Positions 1 to 10,700 of a DNA stretch of 30,834 nucleotides are shown piece by piece. Position 1 is the stretch's first letter, and every line of letters starts with the position of its first letter. The notes below the pieces were generated by a model. That model had not been told where the DNA came from, made no database searches, and saw only the letters and a program-made list of their open reading frames with translations. Where the stretch lies: positions 158,810 through 189,643 of the forward strand of contig NZ_PGGB02000001.1 of assembly GCF_002803295.2 (NCBI RefSeq), read 5' to 3'. Made by a program: the position numbers and the translations under genes. This DNA is from Caedibacter taeniospiralis. Its GTDB lineage: Bacteria > Pseudomonadota > Gammaproteobacteria > Francisellales > Francisellaceae.

Positions 1-148
1 TTCTCTTGTCTGAATTTAAACAATTTTTTATGGCTTCTGCCTTTTCTACCTGTTTTCTAATGTAAACTTATTAAGATTTATTCACTCGCTGCGAGCCATG
101 GAGAGCGGAACGCGAGGGCGAGTAGACCCGGGTAGCCTTGCGCTGTTG

Positions 149-464
149 ATCAGCAAGCGACGTGCCGAAGGCGCCAGAGCGAAGTCTGTGAAACAGCTTT
201 TACCCAAGGCGTAGAGTAGAATCGGAGGAGTGTTGTCCGTTCGGAATGAGCGTAGCGAATTTGTGAGGACATGCCGAGGAGGCGGACGGCCCGGGCAAAA
301 TTTATAATCAGCAAGCGACGTGCCGAAGGCGCCAGAGCGAAGTCTGTGAAACAGCTTTTACCCAAGGCGTAGAGTAGAATCGGAGGAGTGTTGTCCGTTC
401 GGAATGAGCGTAGCGAATTTGTGAGGACATGCCGAGGAGGCGGACGGCCCGGGCAAAATTTATA
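149..464. repeat. Perfect tandem direct repeat, two 158-bp units (149-306 and 307-464)
   Basis: The sequence atcagcaagcgacgtgccgaaggcgccagagcg...gaggcggacggcccgggcaaaatttata occurs twice back to back with no difference seen by eye; the translated ORFs in the track repeat the same peptide (LLGMSSQIRYAHSERTTLLRFYSTPWVKAVSQTSLWRLRHVAC). Confidence 0.95.
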
Positions 465-627
465 CCGCCGAGGATAGCCGATTCGATTTTGTGTATGGAT
501 ATACAAAATCTATCATGAGGCCCGAGGCACCCTATTGAGTTTATTCTCAAAGGACACTCTGTTTGATGCACTTCTTGATAACACTCAACCATTTCCAGGG
601 TCAGCGATCCTCTTGAGTGTTTCTCTT

Positions 628-1092
628 TTAAATATTCAATATCTGACCACCGTGCTTTACGGATGTTCCTGGCAAGGCTTCTTCAGACGGTTGAAATAAA
701 AAGCGAATATTGATTCTAAGCTTATCTTTCATTTGAATCAGTGCGTGCGCAGAGGTTAACACCATCGCACAATGAGCATCATGACCACACATATGCGCTT
801 TGCCATCAATGATTGATTTGTAATCGCAGGTATTCTGCTCATGAATAGGTAGAGCATCCATGTCAGCGCGCAGTGCAATCATTGGGTAATTAGAATCGAT
901 GATTAAATCAGCAATCAACCCAGTTCTACCAATATTGCGTTTGACCTCTAGCTTAAGAGCATTAAGTTTGTCGGCGATAAAGTTGGCGGTATTGCCAACA
1001 TCAAACCCAAGCTCGGGATGGCGATGAATATGTTCGCGAGCTTCACGCAAATATTGCTGATCAATGGTGATTTTTTCTTGTGACTCAAACAT
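628..1092 (-). pseudogene. 3'-truncated M20-family peptidase / amidohydrolase (N-terminal ~150 aa only)
   Basis: Translated REHIHRHPELGFDV...MIALRADMDALPI...GKAHMCGHDAHCAMVL...FLFQPSEEALPG matches the metal-binding N-terminal region of M20D amidohydrolases (normally ~380-400 aa); the ORF stops soon after the PSEEALPG segment. Confidence 0.85.
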
Positions 1093-2299
1093 TTACGCAC
1101 TCCTGTTTTTTTAATTGATTCAGCGTTCTGGCAGTGACGATAGAAGCTGTAAGACAGCTAACCAGAATTAATAAAATGGTACTGTTTAAAATTGGCAAGT
1201 CGAGTATTCCTGCTTTATAGCCGACCAAAATAATAGCAAGTGTGGCAGCTGCGTGCGAGCTACTTAAGCCAAAAATCAAACAGCCATCCAGTGGGGTGAG
1301 CTTGAGTATGCTTTGAGTCAGTTTGGCTGCCAGCCATTTACTTAATAGGGCAACGAAAATTAAGGTGGTTGTAATCATTAAGACGTTATGTAAGTCAAGT
1401 AACACATTTAAATCCACAATCATGCCGACGCTGATCAAAAAGACGGGAATAAATAGCGTCTCACCAATAAAGTGAATTTCAGCTTTGAGTCTTTTTTTCT
1501 TGGCAACGAAGCGATTAAGGGCAAGACCCGCAAAAAAGGCACCAATAATGCCATCAACGCCAATGATTTCAGCCAGAACGGCTAACAGGAAAACCACCAT
1601 GAGTACAAAGGTGTAATGAAAACTTTTTTTGCGTGCCAGAAGATAAAAGAAGGTCTTAGCTATGTATGGGACGAGGAGAAATGCAACTAAACTAAAACCG
1701 ATAAAGCCAAGCAGTAAAGTTGCCAATATTAGCACGCCACTTCCTTCCTGATGAAGACCTGTAACCAGTGCCAGAATTAATAGAACGACGGTATCAGTAA
1801 TAATTGTCCCACCTATGGCAATAGCTACGGCTTGGCGCTTGGCGTAGCCTTTTTTACTCACCATAGGATAGGCGATTAGCGTATGCGTTGAGAACATGAT
1901 GGCAATTAAAATCGATGCGCTCATCTCGTAATTAAACAGGTAGTAAAAAACAGGAAAGCCCATGCCAAAAGGAATTAAGAAAGTTAAAGCACCAAAGAGG
2001 ATGCTTTTTCGCTTTTGCAGCTTAAACTCTTTCATTTCAAGCTCAAGCCCCGCTGAAAACATGATGTACAATAAGCCTGTGGTAGCAAAAATGGTAACTG
2101 CCAGATTCTGATTGAGAATATTTAACGCATGCGGTCCGACAATAATACCCGCTACAATTAGTCCAATAATCTTTGGTATTTTACTGTAATGGCAAATCAC
2201 TTTGGCAGTAAGAATCAGTAAGAGCACAACCAAAAATATGCTAACTGGACTCGTCAATGGTCGCGCAAAAATATGGTTTAAATTAGCTAAGATGTGCAT
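1085..2299 (-). CDS. Cation:proton antiporter, CPA2 / Na+/H+ exchanger family
   Basis: Multi-spanning membrane protein with IIGLIVAGIIVGPHALNIL, ATTGLLYIMFSAGLELEM and IFGLSSSHAAATLAIILVG motifs. Likely start is the ATG at 2299 (MHILANLNHIF), preceded by an AAGGAG Shine-Dalgarno; the longer ORF in the track extends into lolA. Confidence 0.85.
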   Translation of the reverse strand: MHILANLNHIFARPLTSPVSIFLVVLLLILTAKVICHYSKIPKIIGLIVAGIIVGPHALNILNQNLAVTIFATTGLLYIMFSAGLELEMKEFKLQKRKSILFGALTFLIPFGMGFPVFYYLFNYEMSASILIAIMFSTHTLIAYPMVSKKGYAKRQAVAIAIGGTIITDTVVLLILALVTGLHQEGSGVLILATLLLGFIGFSLVAFLLVPYIAKTFFYLLARKKSFHYTFVLMVVFLLAVLAEIIGVDGIIGAFFAGLALNRFVAKKKRLKAEIHFIGETLFIPVFLISVGMIVDLNVLLDLHNVLMITTTLIFVALLSKWLAAKLTQSILKLTPLDGCLIFGLSSSHAAATLAIILVGYKAGILDLPILNSTILLILVSCLTASIVTARTLNQLKKQECVNV

Positions 2300-2309
2300 T
2301 TTTTCTCCT

Positions 2310-3014
2310 TTAAGAGCCAAGTACATCAACACCATCTGGAGGGGTGAATTGATATGTATCTGCAGGAATTGGTTTAGTCGAGGTATTGTAAAATTCAATC
2401 TGAGTTGATTGCCCGACTTCTGTTTGAATGAGCATCGCGCTTGGTGTGTCATTAACAAAGTCCATATCGATATATTTTATGAGCGACTGGTCTTCCACTT
2501 TTGGCGTTAAGCGATAGCGATGACTAGAAAGCTCATCAATGCTAAAAAGCTGACTCAAAACTTTGCTATCCCCCGTTAGCAGCAAAAGATAAGGTGCTTG
2601 AGAGATATTTTTAGGCACATCACTGACGGTAACCTGCTCCAGCTCTTCGTCATAGTTCCAAAGCTTTTGCCCGTTGGAAAGCAGCATTTGTTTTTGTGGA
2701 ACAAGAATTTGCCACTTAAAGAAACTTGGTTTACTCATCCAAAGCTCTCCCGTGCTTATCTCTCTAAACTCCTGCTCAGGATTGACTAAGGTCTGACGAA
2801 ATTTAGCGTACATGTTTTTAAGCTTGGCAAGTCTGGTGAATAAGGTTTTTTCTGCAGTGGAAAGTCCACGATGGCTGTCGCTTGAAGGTGATTGTGACGT
2901 GTCGGCTACTATTGTTTGTTTCACTTCTTTTGCGGCTGCAAAAACTGCACACGGTAAGTTAATACTGATGCACCCAGCGAGCATGAAGGTGTAATTTTTG
3001 AGCTTTTTTATCAC
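2310..3014 (-). CDS. lolA: Outer membrane lipoprotein carrier protein LolA
   Basis: Signal peptide-like N-terminus and LolA-like body (LAKLKNMYAKFRQTLVNPEQEFREISTGELWMSKPSFFKWQILVPQKQMLLSNGQKLWNYDEELEQVTV), in the common position downstream of ftsK. Confidence 0.85.
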   Translation of the reverse strand: MIKKLKNYTFMLAGCISINLPCAVFAAAKEVKQTIVADTSQSPSSDSHRGLSTAEKTLFTRLAKLKNMYAKFRQTLVNPEQEFREISTGELWMSKPSFFKWQILVPQKQMLLSNGQKLWNYDEELEQVTVSDVPKNISQAPYLLLLTGDSKVLSQLFSIDELSSHRYRLTPKVEDQSLIKYIDMDFVNDTPSAMLIQTEVGQSTQIEFYNTSTKPIPADTYQFTPPDGVDVLGS

Positions 3015-3018
3015 GATT

Positions 3019-5565
3019 TTACCTTTTGATTAATACGTCACGCATGCCATTACTTTGCATTTCACTCACAATGCCAGCACTTTCCATTTCTTCGATTAAA
3101 CGCGCTGAGCGGTTATAGCCAATGCGTAAGCGTCGTTGAATACTGGAGATTGATGCGCGCTGCGTTTCCACGACAATTTTAACGGCCTCATCATATAATG
3201 GATCGTTATCTTCACTCTCTGTATCACCTCCTTCACTATCTTCATCACTGGCGGTAATGCTGTCAATATACTCGGGCTCGCCCATTTCTTTCCAGGCGGC
3301 GACCACACGGTGTACTTCATCGTCATCGACAAAGGCTCCGTGTACACGCATGGGGACCCCTGTTCCTGGGGGCAAGTAAAGCATATCACCGTGCCCTAAG
3401 AGCTGTTCGGCTCCTTGCTGATCCAAAATAGTGCGTGAGTCTATTTTAGAAGAAACCTGAAAAGCGATACGCGTTGGAATATTTGCTTTGATGAGTCCTG
3501 TGACAACATCGACAGAGGGACGTTGTGTAGCAAGAATCAAATGGACACCTGCCGCACGCGCTTTTTGTGCTAAGCGCGCAATCAGTTCTTCGACTTTTTT
3601 CCCAACGACCATCATCATATCGGCAAACTCATCAGCGATGACGACGATATAGGGTAGTTTTTCTAAAAGAGGGGTTTGTTCCTCATGTCCAGGTCGAAGT
3701 TTAAGCCATAGCGGATCTTTCATGGGGTCGCCTGCTTTTTCAGCGGCAAGGATTTTTTCATTTAAGCCTGCAATGTTTCTAACACCTGCAGCCGCCATAA
3801 GCTCGTAGCGCCTATCCATTTCTTTGACACACCAGCGAAGTGCGTTCGCTGCCTCATTCATATCGGTAACAACGGGAGTTAATAAATGCGGAATACCTTC
3901 ATAAATCGATAACTCAAGCATTTTTGGGTCGATCATAATGAGTCTAAGATCATCAGGGGCAGACTTGTAAAGCATGCTGATAATCATGGCATTTACGCCA
4001 ACGGATTTACCTGAACCTGTGGTTCCTGCGACCAGTAAATGTGGCATTTTAGCAAGGTTTGCTGTTTCTGGAATGCCTGCAATATCAACGCCAAGCCCCA
4101 TGGTTAAAGGAGAGCTTGAATCAATGAATTTTTTGTGTGAGAGTACTTCTTTTAAGCGTACCATTTCGCGCTTTTGATTCGGTAGTTCAATACCGACATA
4201 AGGTTTGCCAGGAATTACCTCGACAACGCGCACACGAGCAGTAGAAAGTGAGCGGGCGAGATCTTGAGCTAAACCGCTTAATTTACTGACTTTGACCCCA
4301 GGGGCAAGCTCAAGTTCAAAGCGGGTGATCACAGGACCTGGAAAACTGCCAACGACTTTAACTTGAATGCCAAAATCAGCAAGCTTCTCCTCAACAAGCA
4401 GGGCCATTTTCTGTAAAAATTCTTTGGGAACCTGCTCTTTGACCGCATTAGGATCATCAAGGAGTTCAAGGGATGGTAAACCCGTGATTTTGTCTGTTTT
4501 ATTTTTAATTTTTTTGGTCTTAAGATCTTTGTGAAACTCGGATCTTGATAGTTCAAGCTCTTGTGCTTGTCCTGGTAACTTTCTGGTAGGCGTAAGGATA
4601 AGCTCATCATCATAGGGTTCAGATGAGCGTGTTGTATCCTCCCAAGGGCGATTAATCCCAAGGTCGCTACTCTCAAAAAGTGTGCGCTTGTTGTCATCCG
4701 CAAGGTCTTGTGCCTGCTTTTTCTCAAGGGCTAATGCTTTTTTTTCTTCTTTAGCAAGGAGTTTTTGTTCTTTGCGTAGCTGTCTTTGTGCTTCTTGTTC
4801 TGCCTGATCTATTTTACGTTGAGCGGCTTTTCTTTCTTTTTCTTCTGGAGATGAGGCGAAAAAATCTTTTAGGTTGATCACGATAAAACGGATTAAAGCA
4901 GCAAGTAATCTGATCCAAAAACCACCAGAAAACAGTGTAAGCCCTAGTGCAAAAGCGACCGTAAGCATGAGAACGCTCCCTGCGGTACTGAGATAGAATA
5001 CGGCATACTTCGCCACTTCTTGCCCTAAAATGCCTCCAGCACCTTCAGGCATATAGATAGCGAAAATAGAAAAAGCAATTTGCGCTAAGCCGCTACCAGC
5101 GAAAATAAGCAAAATGGCGCCAGCAAAACGCATAAGCATCAGCAATGTGCTGCTTTCGGCAAAGTTCTTCCGCTCAAGAAACAACTGCCATACGCCATAA
5201 ATGAGTAGAAATGGGATGAGAAAACCAAATACCCCGCAGATCGCCAAAATAATATTGGCAGTATAAGCGCCGACAATTCCTGCATAATTACGGATTTGCG
5301 GTTGTGATTGTGCAATGGTCCAACCTGGGTCGTTACTATCATAAGAGAACAGCGACAATAATAAAAACAAGGCGATTGCCCCCATTAATACAAGCCAGGT
5401 AACACGCAGGCGATCGACCAGCAGGTGATCGATCTCTTTTTTTGGTTTCGCTTGATTTGCTGTCTGTTTGGCTTTTTTACGGTCATGTTTGGCGTTTGAT
5501 TTATCTTTACGCATAAGCGCCACAATGATTTCCTCATATTCTTTTGAGAGTAATAACGCTGTCAT
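3019..5565 (-). CDS. ftsK: DNA translocase FtsK
   Basis: N-terminal membrane segments, charged linker, motor with Walker A ([18 protein letters not shown]) and Walker B ([14 protein letters not shown]), [21 protein letters not shown], and a C-terminal gamma winged-helix domain ([28 protein letters not shown]). The true start may be somewhat downstream. Confidence 0.97.
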   Translation of the reverse strand: MTALLLSKEYEEIIVALMRKDKSNAKHDRKKAKQTANQAKPKKEIDHLLVDRLRVTWLVLMGAIALFLLLSLFSYDSNDPGWTIAQSQPQIRNYAGIVGAYTANIILAICGVFGFLIPFLLIYGVWQLFLERKNFAESSTLLMLMRFAGAILLIFAGSGLAQIAFSIFAIYMPEGAGGILGQEVAKYAVFYLSTAGSVLMLTVAFALGLTLFSGGFWIRLLAALIRFIVINLKDFFASSPEEKERKAAQRKIDQAEQEAQRQLRKEQKLLAKEEKKALALEKKQAQDLADDNKRTLFESSDLGINRPWEDTTRSSEPYDDELILTPTRKLPGQAQELELSRSEFHKDLKTKKIKNKTDKITGLPSLELLDDPNAVKEQVPKEFLQKMALLVEEKLADFGIQVKVVGSFPGPVITRFELELAPGVKVSKLSGLAQDLARSLSTARVRVVEVIPGKPYVGIELPNQKREMVRLKEVLSHKKFIDSSSPLTMGLGVDIAGIPETANLAKMPHLLVAGTTGSGKSVGVNAMIISMLYKSAPDDLRLIMIDPKMLELSIYEGIPHLLTPVVTDMNEAANALRWCVKEMDRRYELMAAAGVRNIAGLNEKILAAEKAGDPMKDPLWLKLRPGHEEQTPLLEKLPYIVVIADEFADMMMVVGKKVEELIARLAQKARAAGVHLILATQRPSVDVVTGLIKANIPTRIAFQVSSKIDSRTILDQQGAEQLLGHGDMLYLPPGTGVPMRVHGAFVDDDEVHRVVAAWKEMGEPEYIDSITASDEDSEGGDTESEDNDPLYDEAVKIVVETQRASISSIQRRLRIGYNRSARLIEEMESAGIVSEMQSNGMRDVLIKR

Positions 5566-5769
5566 GATACCAAGGGTGAAACATTGCAGGCAACTCGTTT
5601 TGCCAGATTATTGAATCCCTCACTTCGCAGTGCCATCAGGGTAGAGGAGATTTTCAGTAAGTGGGCGGGAATTTCTTTAAGCGGCTAGATCTTATTTTTT
5701 GCTTTTTTGCTGCGTAAAAATCAGGTACTGTTATATGTTAGAATAACACAAACCCTGGAAACGCCTCTT

Positions 5770-6984
5770 ATGACATGCAGTTCATTTACAAAACAGCTAG
5801 GCTGTATAATGATTGTTACGGGCACTGAAATTGGTGCTGGTATTTTAGCTTTACCCATTATCACCGCAAAATTGGGCTTTTTAGTCAGTAGTGTTGTGAT
5901 GCTGGTCGCTTGGTGTATCATGACTTATACCGCGTTATTGCTGGCAGATATCGCACTGTCAATGCCAAAAGGATCAAGCTTTGCTTCTATTGCAAAACGT
6001 ACCTTAGGATTGCCTGGAGTCGTGATCACCTGGGTTTCGTTTTTGCTTTTGATGTATTGCATCAGTGTCGCTTATATTTCGGGTGCTTCTTCCGCATTTA
6101 ACTCATTGTTGCCAAATATCTCGCAAGGTGCGTGGTCACTTATTTTTGTCCTCGTATTAGGAGCAATCGTTGTTGTTGGAACCTCGGCTGTTGATCTGAT
6201 CAATCGTGTTCTACTGAGTGTTAAACTGATCTTTTTGGTGCTGGTTTGTCTGGTTTTCCTGAATTATGTTGATGTGGGAAATCTGTTGGTATTGCCTGTG
6301 GATCTAATGCCAACTTTGCTTGTCGCAATCCCTGTTATCGTTACCTCATTTACTTCACACATCATTGTCCCCTCCTTAAGCGATTATCTAAACCAGGATG
6401 CCAAGAGCTTATTTAGGGTGATTTTTATTGGCAGTATTATTCCCCTTGTCTTGTATTTTTTATGGTTGATTGCAGTACTTGGAGTGTTACCACTTCATGG
6501 TTCCATAAGCTTTATGAGCTCCATCTTTGACCATGTAAATATTGAACAGGCCAATGTTGGTAATATCCTGCACGCGCTTAGAGAAAAAATCACCACTTCA
6601 ACCGCTAACCTCAGCATGAATATTTTTACCGATATTTCCGTCATGACCTCCTACTTGGGCGTAAGTTTAGCGCTCTATCATTTCAACGTAGACAGCTATC
6701 GCCTAAATCGCCTACCGACACAGTTCAGGATCCTTGCCGCTATTATTTTAACTTTTATCATTCCTCTCCTGGTTAATCTTATGAATCCTAATTTATTTAT
6801 CAGTGCCATTGGATATGTCGGTGTTTGTATTGCCGTGCTGCTTCTCATGATGCCTGCTGTGATTGCTTATAAACTCAATAAATCAGGACACAAGTTTCAC
6901 TATAAAATCAGTCAAATATCACTCTTATGGATGATCTCATTCTTAATCGGCATCGCCATTATTGTGATTCATTTTTCTTCTTGA
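5770..6984 (+). CDS. Aromatic amino acid (tyrosine/tryptophan) transport protein, HAAAP family
   Basis: IMIVTGTEIGAGILALPIITAKLGF near the N-terminus followed by multiple transmembrane segments, typical of TyrP/Mtr. The ATG at 5770 is more likely than the track start at 5707. Confidence 0.85.
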   Translation: MTCSSFTKQLGCIMIVTGTEIGAGILALPIITAKLGFLVSSVVMLVAWCIMTYTALLLADIALSMPKGSSFASIAKRTLGLPGVVITWVSFLLLMYCISVAYISGASSAFNSLLPNISQGAWSLIFVLVLGAIVVVGTSAVDLINRVLLSVKLIFLVLVCLVFLNYVDVGNLLVLPVDLMPTLLVAIPVIVTSFTSHIIVPSLSDYLNQDAKSLFRVIFIGSIIPLVLYFLWLIAVLGVLPLHGSISFMSSIFDHVNIEQANVGNILHALREKITTSTANLSMNIFTDISVMTSYLGVSLALYHFNVDSYRLNRLPTQFRILAAIILTFIIPLLVNLMNPNLFISAIGYVGVCIAVLLLMMPAVIAYKLNKSGHKFHYKISQISLLWMISFLIGIAIIVIHFSS

Positions 6985-7044
6985 TGTTATTGCATTTGGA
7001 ATGGACTCCCTTAATATAGGCGGCAATAATAATATTCCCTCCCC

Positions 7045-7788
7045 ATGATTATGCGAATTTCTCGTATCTTTTTCCCTCACATCCTAAACACGCACAAAAG
7101 TATTACACTTCCTCCTGAGGCAAGTCATTACTTAATTCGTGTGCTTCGACACAAGCTTAAGCACAAGGTGGTTTTATTCAATAATAGCGATGGTTATGAA
7201 TACCTAACCACCATAATAGATGCCAACCCTAAGGCAGCATGCCTGGCAATTGATACTTTGACACAAAAACAAAATGAATCACCCATCAATATTCACTTGT
7301 TTCAAGCACTCTCCAAAGGGGATAAGCTAGAAACGGTTATTCAAAAGGCTACTGAACTTGGCGTTAATAGCATTACCCCCATCTTCACTCAATATGTTGA
7401 TTACAAACTTCCAACAGAACGCCTGGAGAATAAATTGGATCATTGGCAAAAAATCGCCATTAGTGCCAGCGAGCAATCAGGTCGCGTGTTTGTACCACAA
7501 ATCAACCCACCTTTAGAGTTAATAGAAGCGTTAAAGATGGAGGCAGACGTGAAGTTATTTTTAATTCCTCACAGCACAAGCAGTATCAGTCAGTTGCATC
7601 AACAATTTCCAGGCGCTCATCACTTTGTGATTTATATTGGACCTGAAGGCGGTTTTAGTGAAGCGGAGGAAAAACTTGCTTTAGACAATCATTGCCACAA
7701 CATTTGCCTGGGCACAAGAGTCCTAAGAACTGAAACCGCACCTTTAGCGATACTATCTGTTTTGCAAGCATTTTGGGGTGACTATTGA
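7045..7788 (+). CDS. rsmE: 16S rRNA (uracil(1498)-N(3))-methyltransferase
   Basis: RIFFP...HYLIRVLRHK..., LFQALSKGDKLETVIQKATELGVNSITPI, IGPEGGFSEAE and LGTRVLRTETAPLAILS are diagnostic RsmE motifs. An alternative start ATG lies at 7051. Confidence 0.95.
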   Translation: MIMRISRIFFPHILNTHKSITLPPEASHYLIRVLRHKLKHKVVLFNNSDGYEYLTTIIDANPKAACLAIDTLTQKQNESPINIHLFQALSKGDKLETVIQKATELGVNSITPIFTQYVDYKLPTERLENKLDHWQKIAISASEQSGRVFVPQINPPLELIEALKMEADVKLFLIPHSTSSISQLHQQFPGAHHFVIYIGPEGGFSEAEEKLALDNHCHNICLGTRVLRTETAPLAILSVLQAFWGDY

Positions 7789-10700
7789 ACCTGCTTGAGT
7801 ATCGGCTTATCCCAGCTTCCTGTCACATCAAAGCTTATTAAACCGATGTTTCTAAATAGGGTATTACCCAAAATTTTTCCTCCAAAATAGGCAGCAACCG
7901 CCACCACAGGACCACCAAAAGCGCCAGCAACTGCAGCAGTTGTCCCTGAAAAATGGGGCTGATACTTAATGCGTTGATTGAGTTGTTTGTTGCGTAAGTC
8001 GATACGGCCATTAATAACCAAAGCAAAACTTGGAGTGTCAATAATAATCGAAGGCGTACTCGTTGCGATTGCATTCTCAAGCTTGTAAGTTCCTGTCACG
8101 CTATTAAACGTCATGCCTCTATACGAAAAATCATCATAGGGCATAAACAAACGCTTAAAGTAAGAGTCTAGGCTCAAAAGCCCGATATATTTTGCGATAC
8201 CAGAATCAACAGACAACACAACCCCATTGACCATATTTACTGTTGCAATACCTGAAATGTGGCTGCATTGCGGTACAAGCACGGGCCAACTCAATCCCAT
8301 TTCCACATGACCTGAGCCACCCTTGAGTAAATTGTTATAACCAAAGTTATGTAACATTGCTCCCCAATCTGATGAGAACACATTCGCTTCCACATGACTT
8401 CCTGTAGGCGATAGCGTAAGTGCTCCAAACAGCTTGGAATTTTGATCATAAGCCGATAATGCTGGAATCGATAAAACACCTGCTCTAAGCTTCATGGTCA
8501 TTACAAAGTTAGGGATAGAATACCCACCCAATTGCACGTGTGTCAGTTTTACATTCATATCAGGCACTTTGCGTAAGATATCTGTTTGCAGCAGGTTATT
8601 CAACCTCATAGATACATTGTCACTGCCCGCTGTTTCTTGACTTGAACTTAAGGGGAAAAACAGATTTGTACCATCCACTTCCATCGTCTGATTTAAGGAA
8701 TGGGGTACTTTGATTGTGAGCGACTGGTTTTGATCTGTCTGTACCATTAGTTTTGTATAGCCGTCGGCTATTTCAGTTTTTAAACCAAGCTTATGATATG
8801 AGGCTCCAAAAATATCCAGTTCATGAATTGTCACCGCTATTTTGGGCTTAAGCAGGCGATTAAGACGCCTATAAACGCAGCCATAATAATTGGCAGCGAC
8901 AAGGCACCCATCCGTGTTTTGGATTTCATGTGCAGATGGCATATCTAACTGCACAAATTGTTGCGATTCTTTACCTGGAGCCATAAGGAAGTTTTTTGTA
9001 TTAACAACGTTCACCAAATTAAGTACAAACTGGCTACTTAGTTTTTGAATATTTCCGTAAACGCTTAATGAACTAATCACTCCATCGCCATCTATGTTAA
9101 GCCCTGCAGTTATTTTTGTTTCATGGTTAAAGTCTAACTTACTGTCAATGTGCCAAAGTGATGTGGCTCTTGGTTGTTTATCTTCTTGTGTTTGCTGTAA
9201 AGCCCGCTGCCAGGTACTTTTGAAAGACAATGGCATAAGTTCAAACATGGTCTTATTTAGAGGTGCTCCAAGTGTGCTTGAAGCACCTAAAAAATTTGAA
9301 CTTATCTCAATAGCGCCTTCATTCAGTCCCCCTTTAACAGCAAAACGTACAGGTAATATCCCGCGCACAAGCTGATCAGCGGAAACATCTAGCAAAGAAG
9401 TTACGAAGTAAGGTTTAAGTGGCAGAACAATGCCGCCTTGTAGGTCAGTCCGTGGATTATCAAGATTCCCCGCATCAACACTTCCTTTCCCCCAAATCGG
9501 TGTGTCAACATCCCACATGGCTGAGAATTGCTTAAGCGTAAAGAGCTGGTTGTTAAAGATAATCTCAGCGTTTACATCATACAAACTCTTGGCTTGCGGT
9601 TTTTTGAGGTTAATAACGCCATTTTGGACCGAGACTCTGCCAGACACCTGGTCTTTTTTATCATAATCCCCAAGTGGAATCTGAATATCGAGCTGCACAC
9701 CGAGAGCTCCCTGATATGTGGCGAAGCGATTTAGCTGGTCAACAAAGTCTTTATAGTTCGTTTGCGCTAAATATTCATAGATATTTTGGCTACTTGTTTG
9801 AGCATTTGCCAGGATATTAAGAGCTGAGGGGATATGTGGAGCAATATTATCAATGCTTAAATCGACTCCTGAAATTGGGATGTTGGCTAGCAATCCCTGG
9901 GTTACCTTTGCCCTGAGTTGCTCATTATTGAAATGTAAGCTGCCACTGACTTTCTGAGCAATCCCCAAGCCAAAATAAGGTGAAAGACTTGCGTTGTTAA
10001 TGTTCGCGTCTATTTTAAACGTCCCATTATGAGCTGGATAAGGAATTTCACGTGCCATCCCCTGGATTTGAAAAGTTGCATCGAGGTCTTGTGCTTGATA
10101 TAAACACTTCATAAGCCACTCATACAACGAGGTTGGAATGCCTTTTTTAGGTAAAAAAGACTGATACTCTGTCGTTAGCTTATGCCCCTGTAGTTTGCCT
10201 AAAATATCAAGCGTAAAATCCATGGGGTTTGAAAGTGGAACACTCACTTTGCCCATCGCAGAAAAGTTGATGTTGTCACTTTTTAGTTGTAGATTTGTAA
10301 CCGAAAAACCAAGACTTGTCGTATCTTTAGTTATATCGATTTCACCCTTGAGTGAGAATTCTGGCCACGCTTGACTAAAAATTTGATTTTTAGCCATTTT
10401 AAAAGAGGGTGAATTCAGGTCAAGTTTCACATGATTTTTCTGCCACCAGAGTTCGCCACTTAAACCCTTGAAATCAAAACTTTGATCGCTTTGAGCAATC
10501 CCAAGCTCATTAAAATTAGCCATCAGTTGCACACCTTCTAAATCGGGTTCCTGCAGATCAAAGACAAAATGCACATCGCTAAGCACGCCTGCTAGAGTAA
10601 TATTTTTGCGCCAACTGCTTGATTCAAGCTGTATTAGATCTGAAAAATCTGCGAGATTCAAATAAGGAAGATTCATAATCAGGCGGTGCTGGTCTAAGGA

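Noticed and set aside
150-592. ORFs 150-506 and 308-592 as real proteins
   Set aside because: Most of both ORFs is the 158-bp tandem repeat translated in one frame; the compositional pattern and duplicated peptide suggest a non-coding repeat. Only the first ~40 residues upstream of the repeat region may be a real gene fragment.
2202-5342. Small ORFs antisense to or in alternate frames of the antiporter, lolA and ftsK genes (2202-2408, 2598-2789, 2812-2994, 3096-3389, 3974-4177, 4329-4727, 5139-5342)
   Set aside because: Shadow ORFs of well-supported long genes.
7838-9734. Small ORFs within yhdP (7838-8080, 8291-8479, 9094-9375, 9430-9666, 9528-9734)
   Set aside because: Overlap a coherent 1303-aa coding sequence; no independent support.
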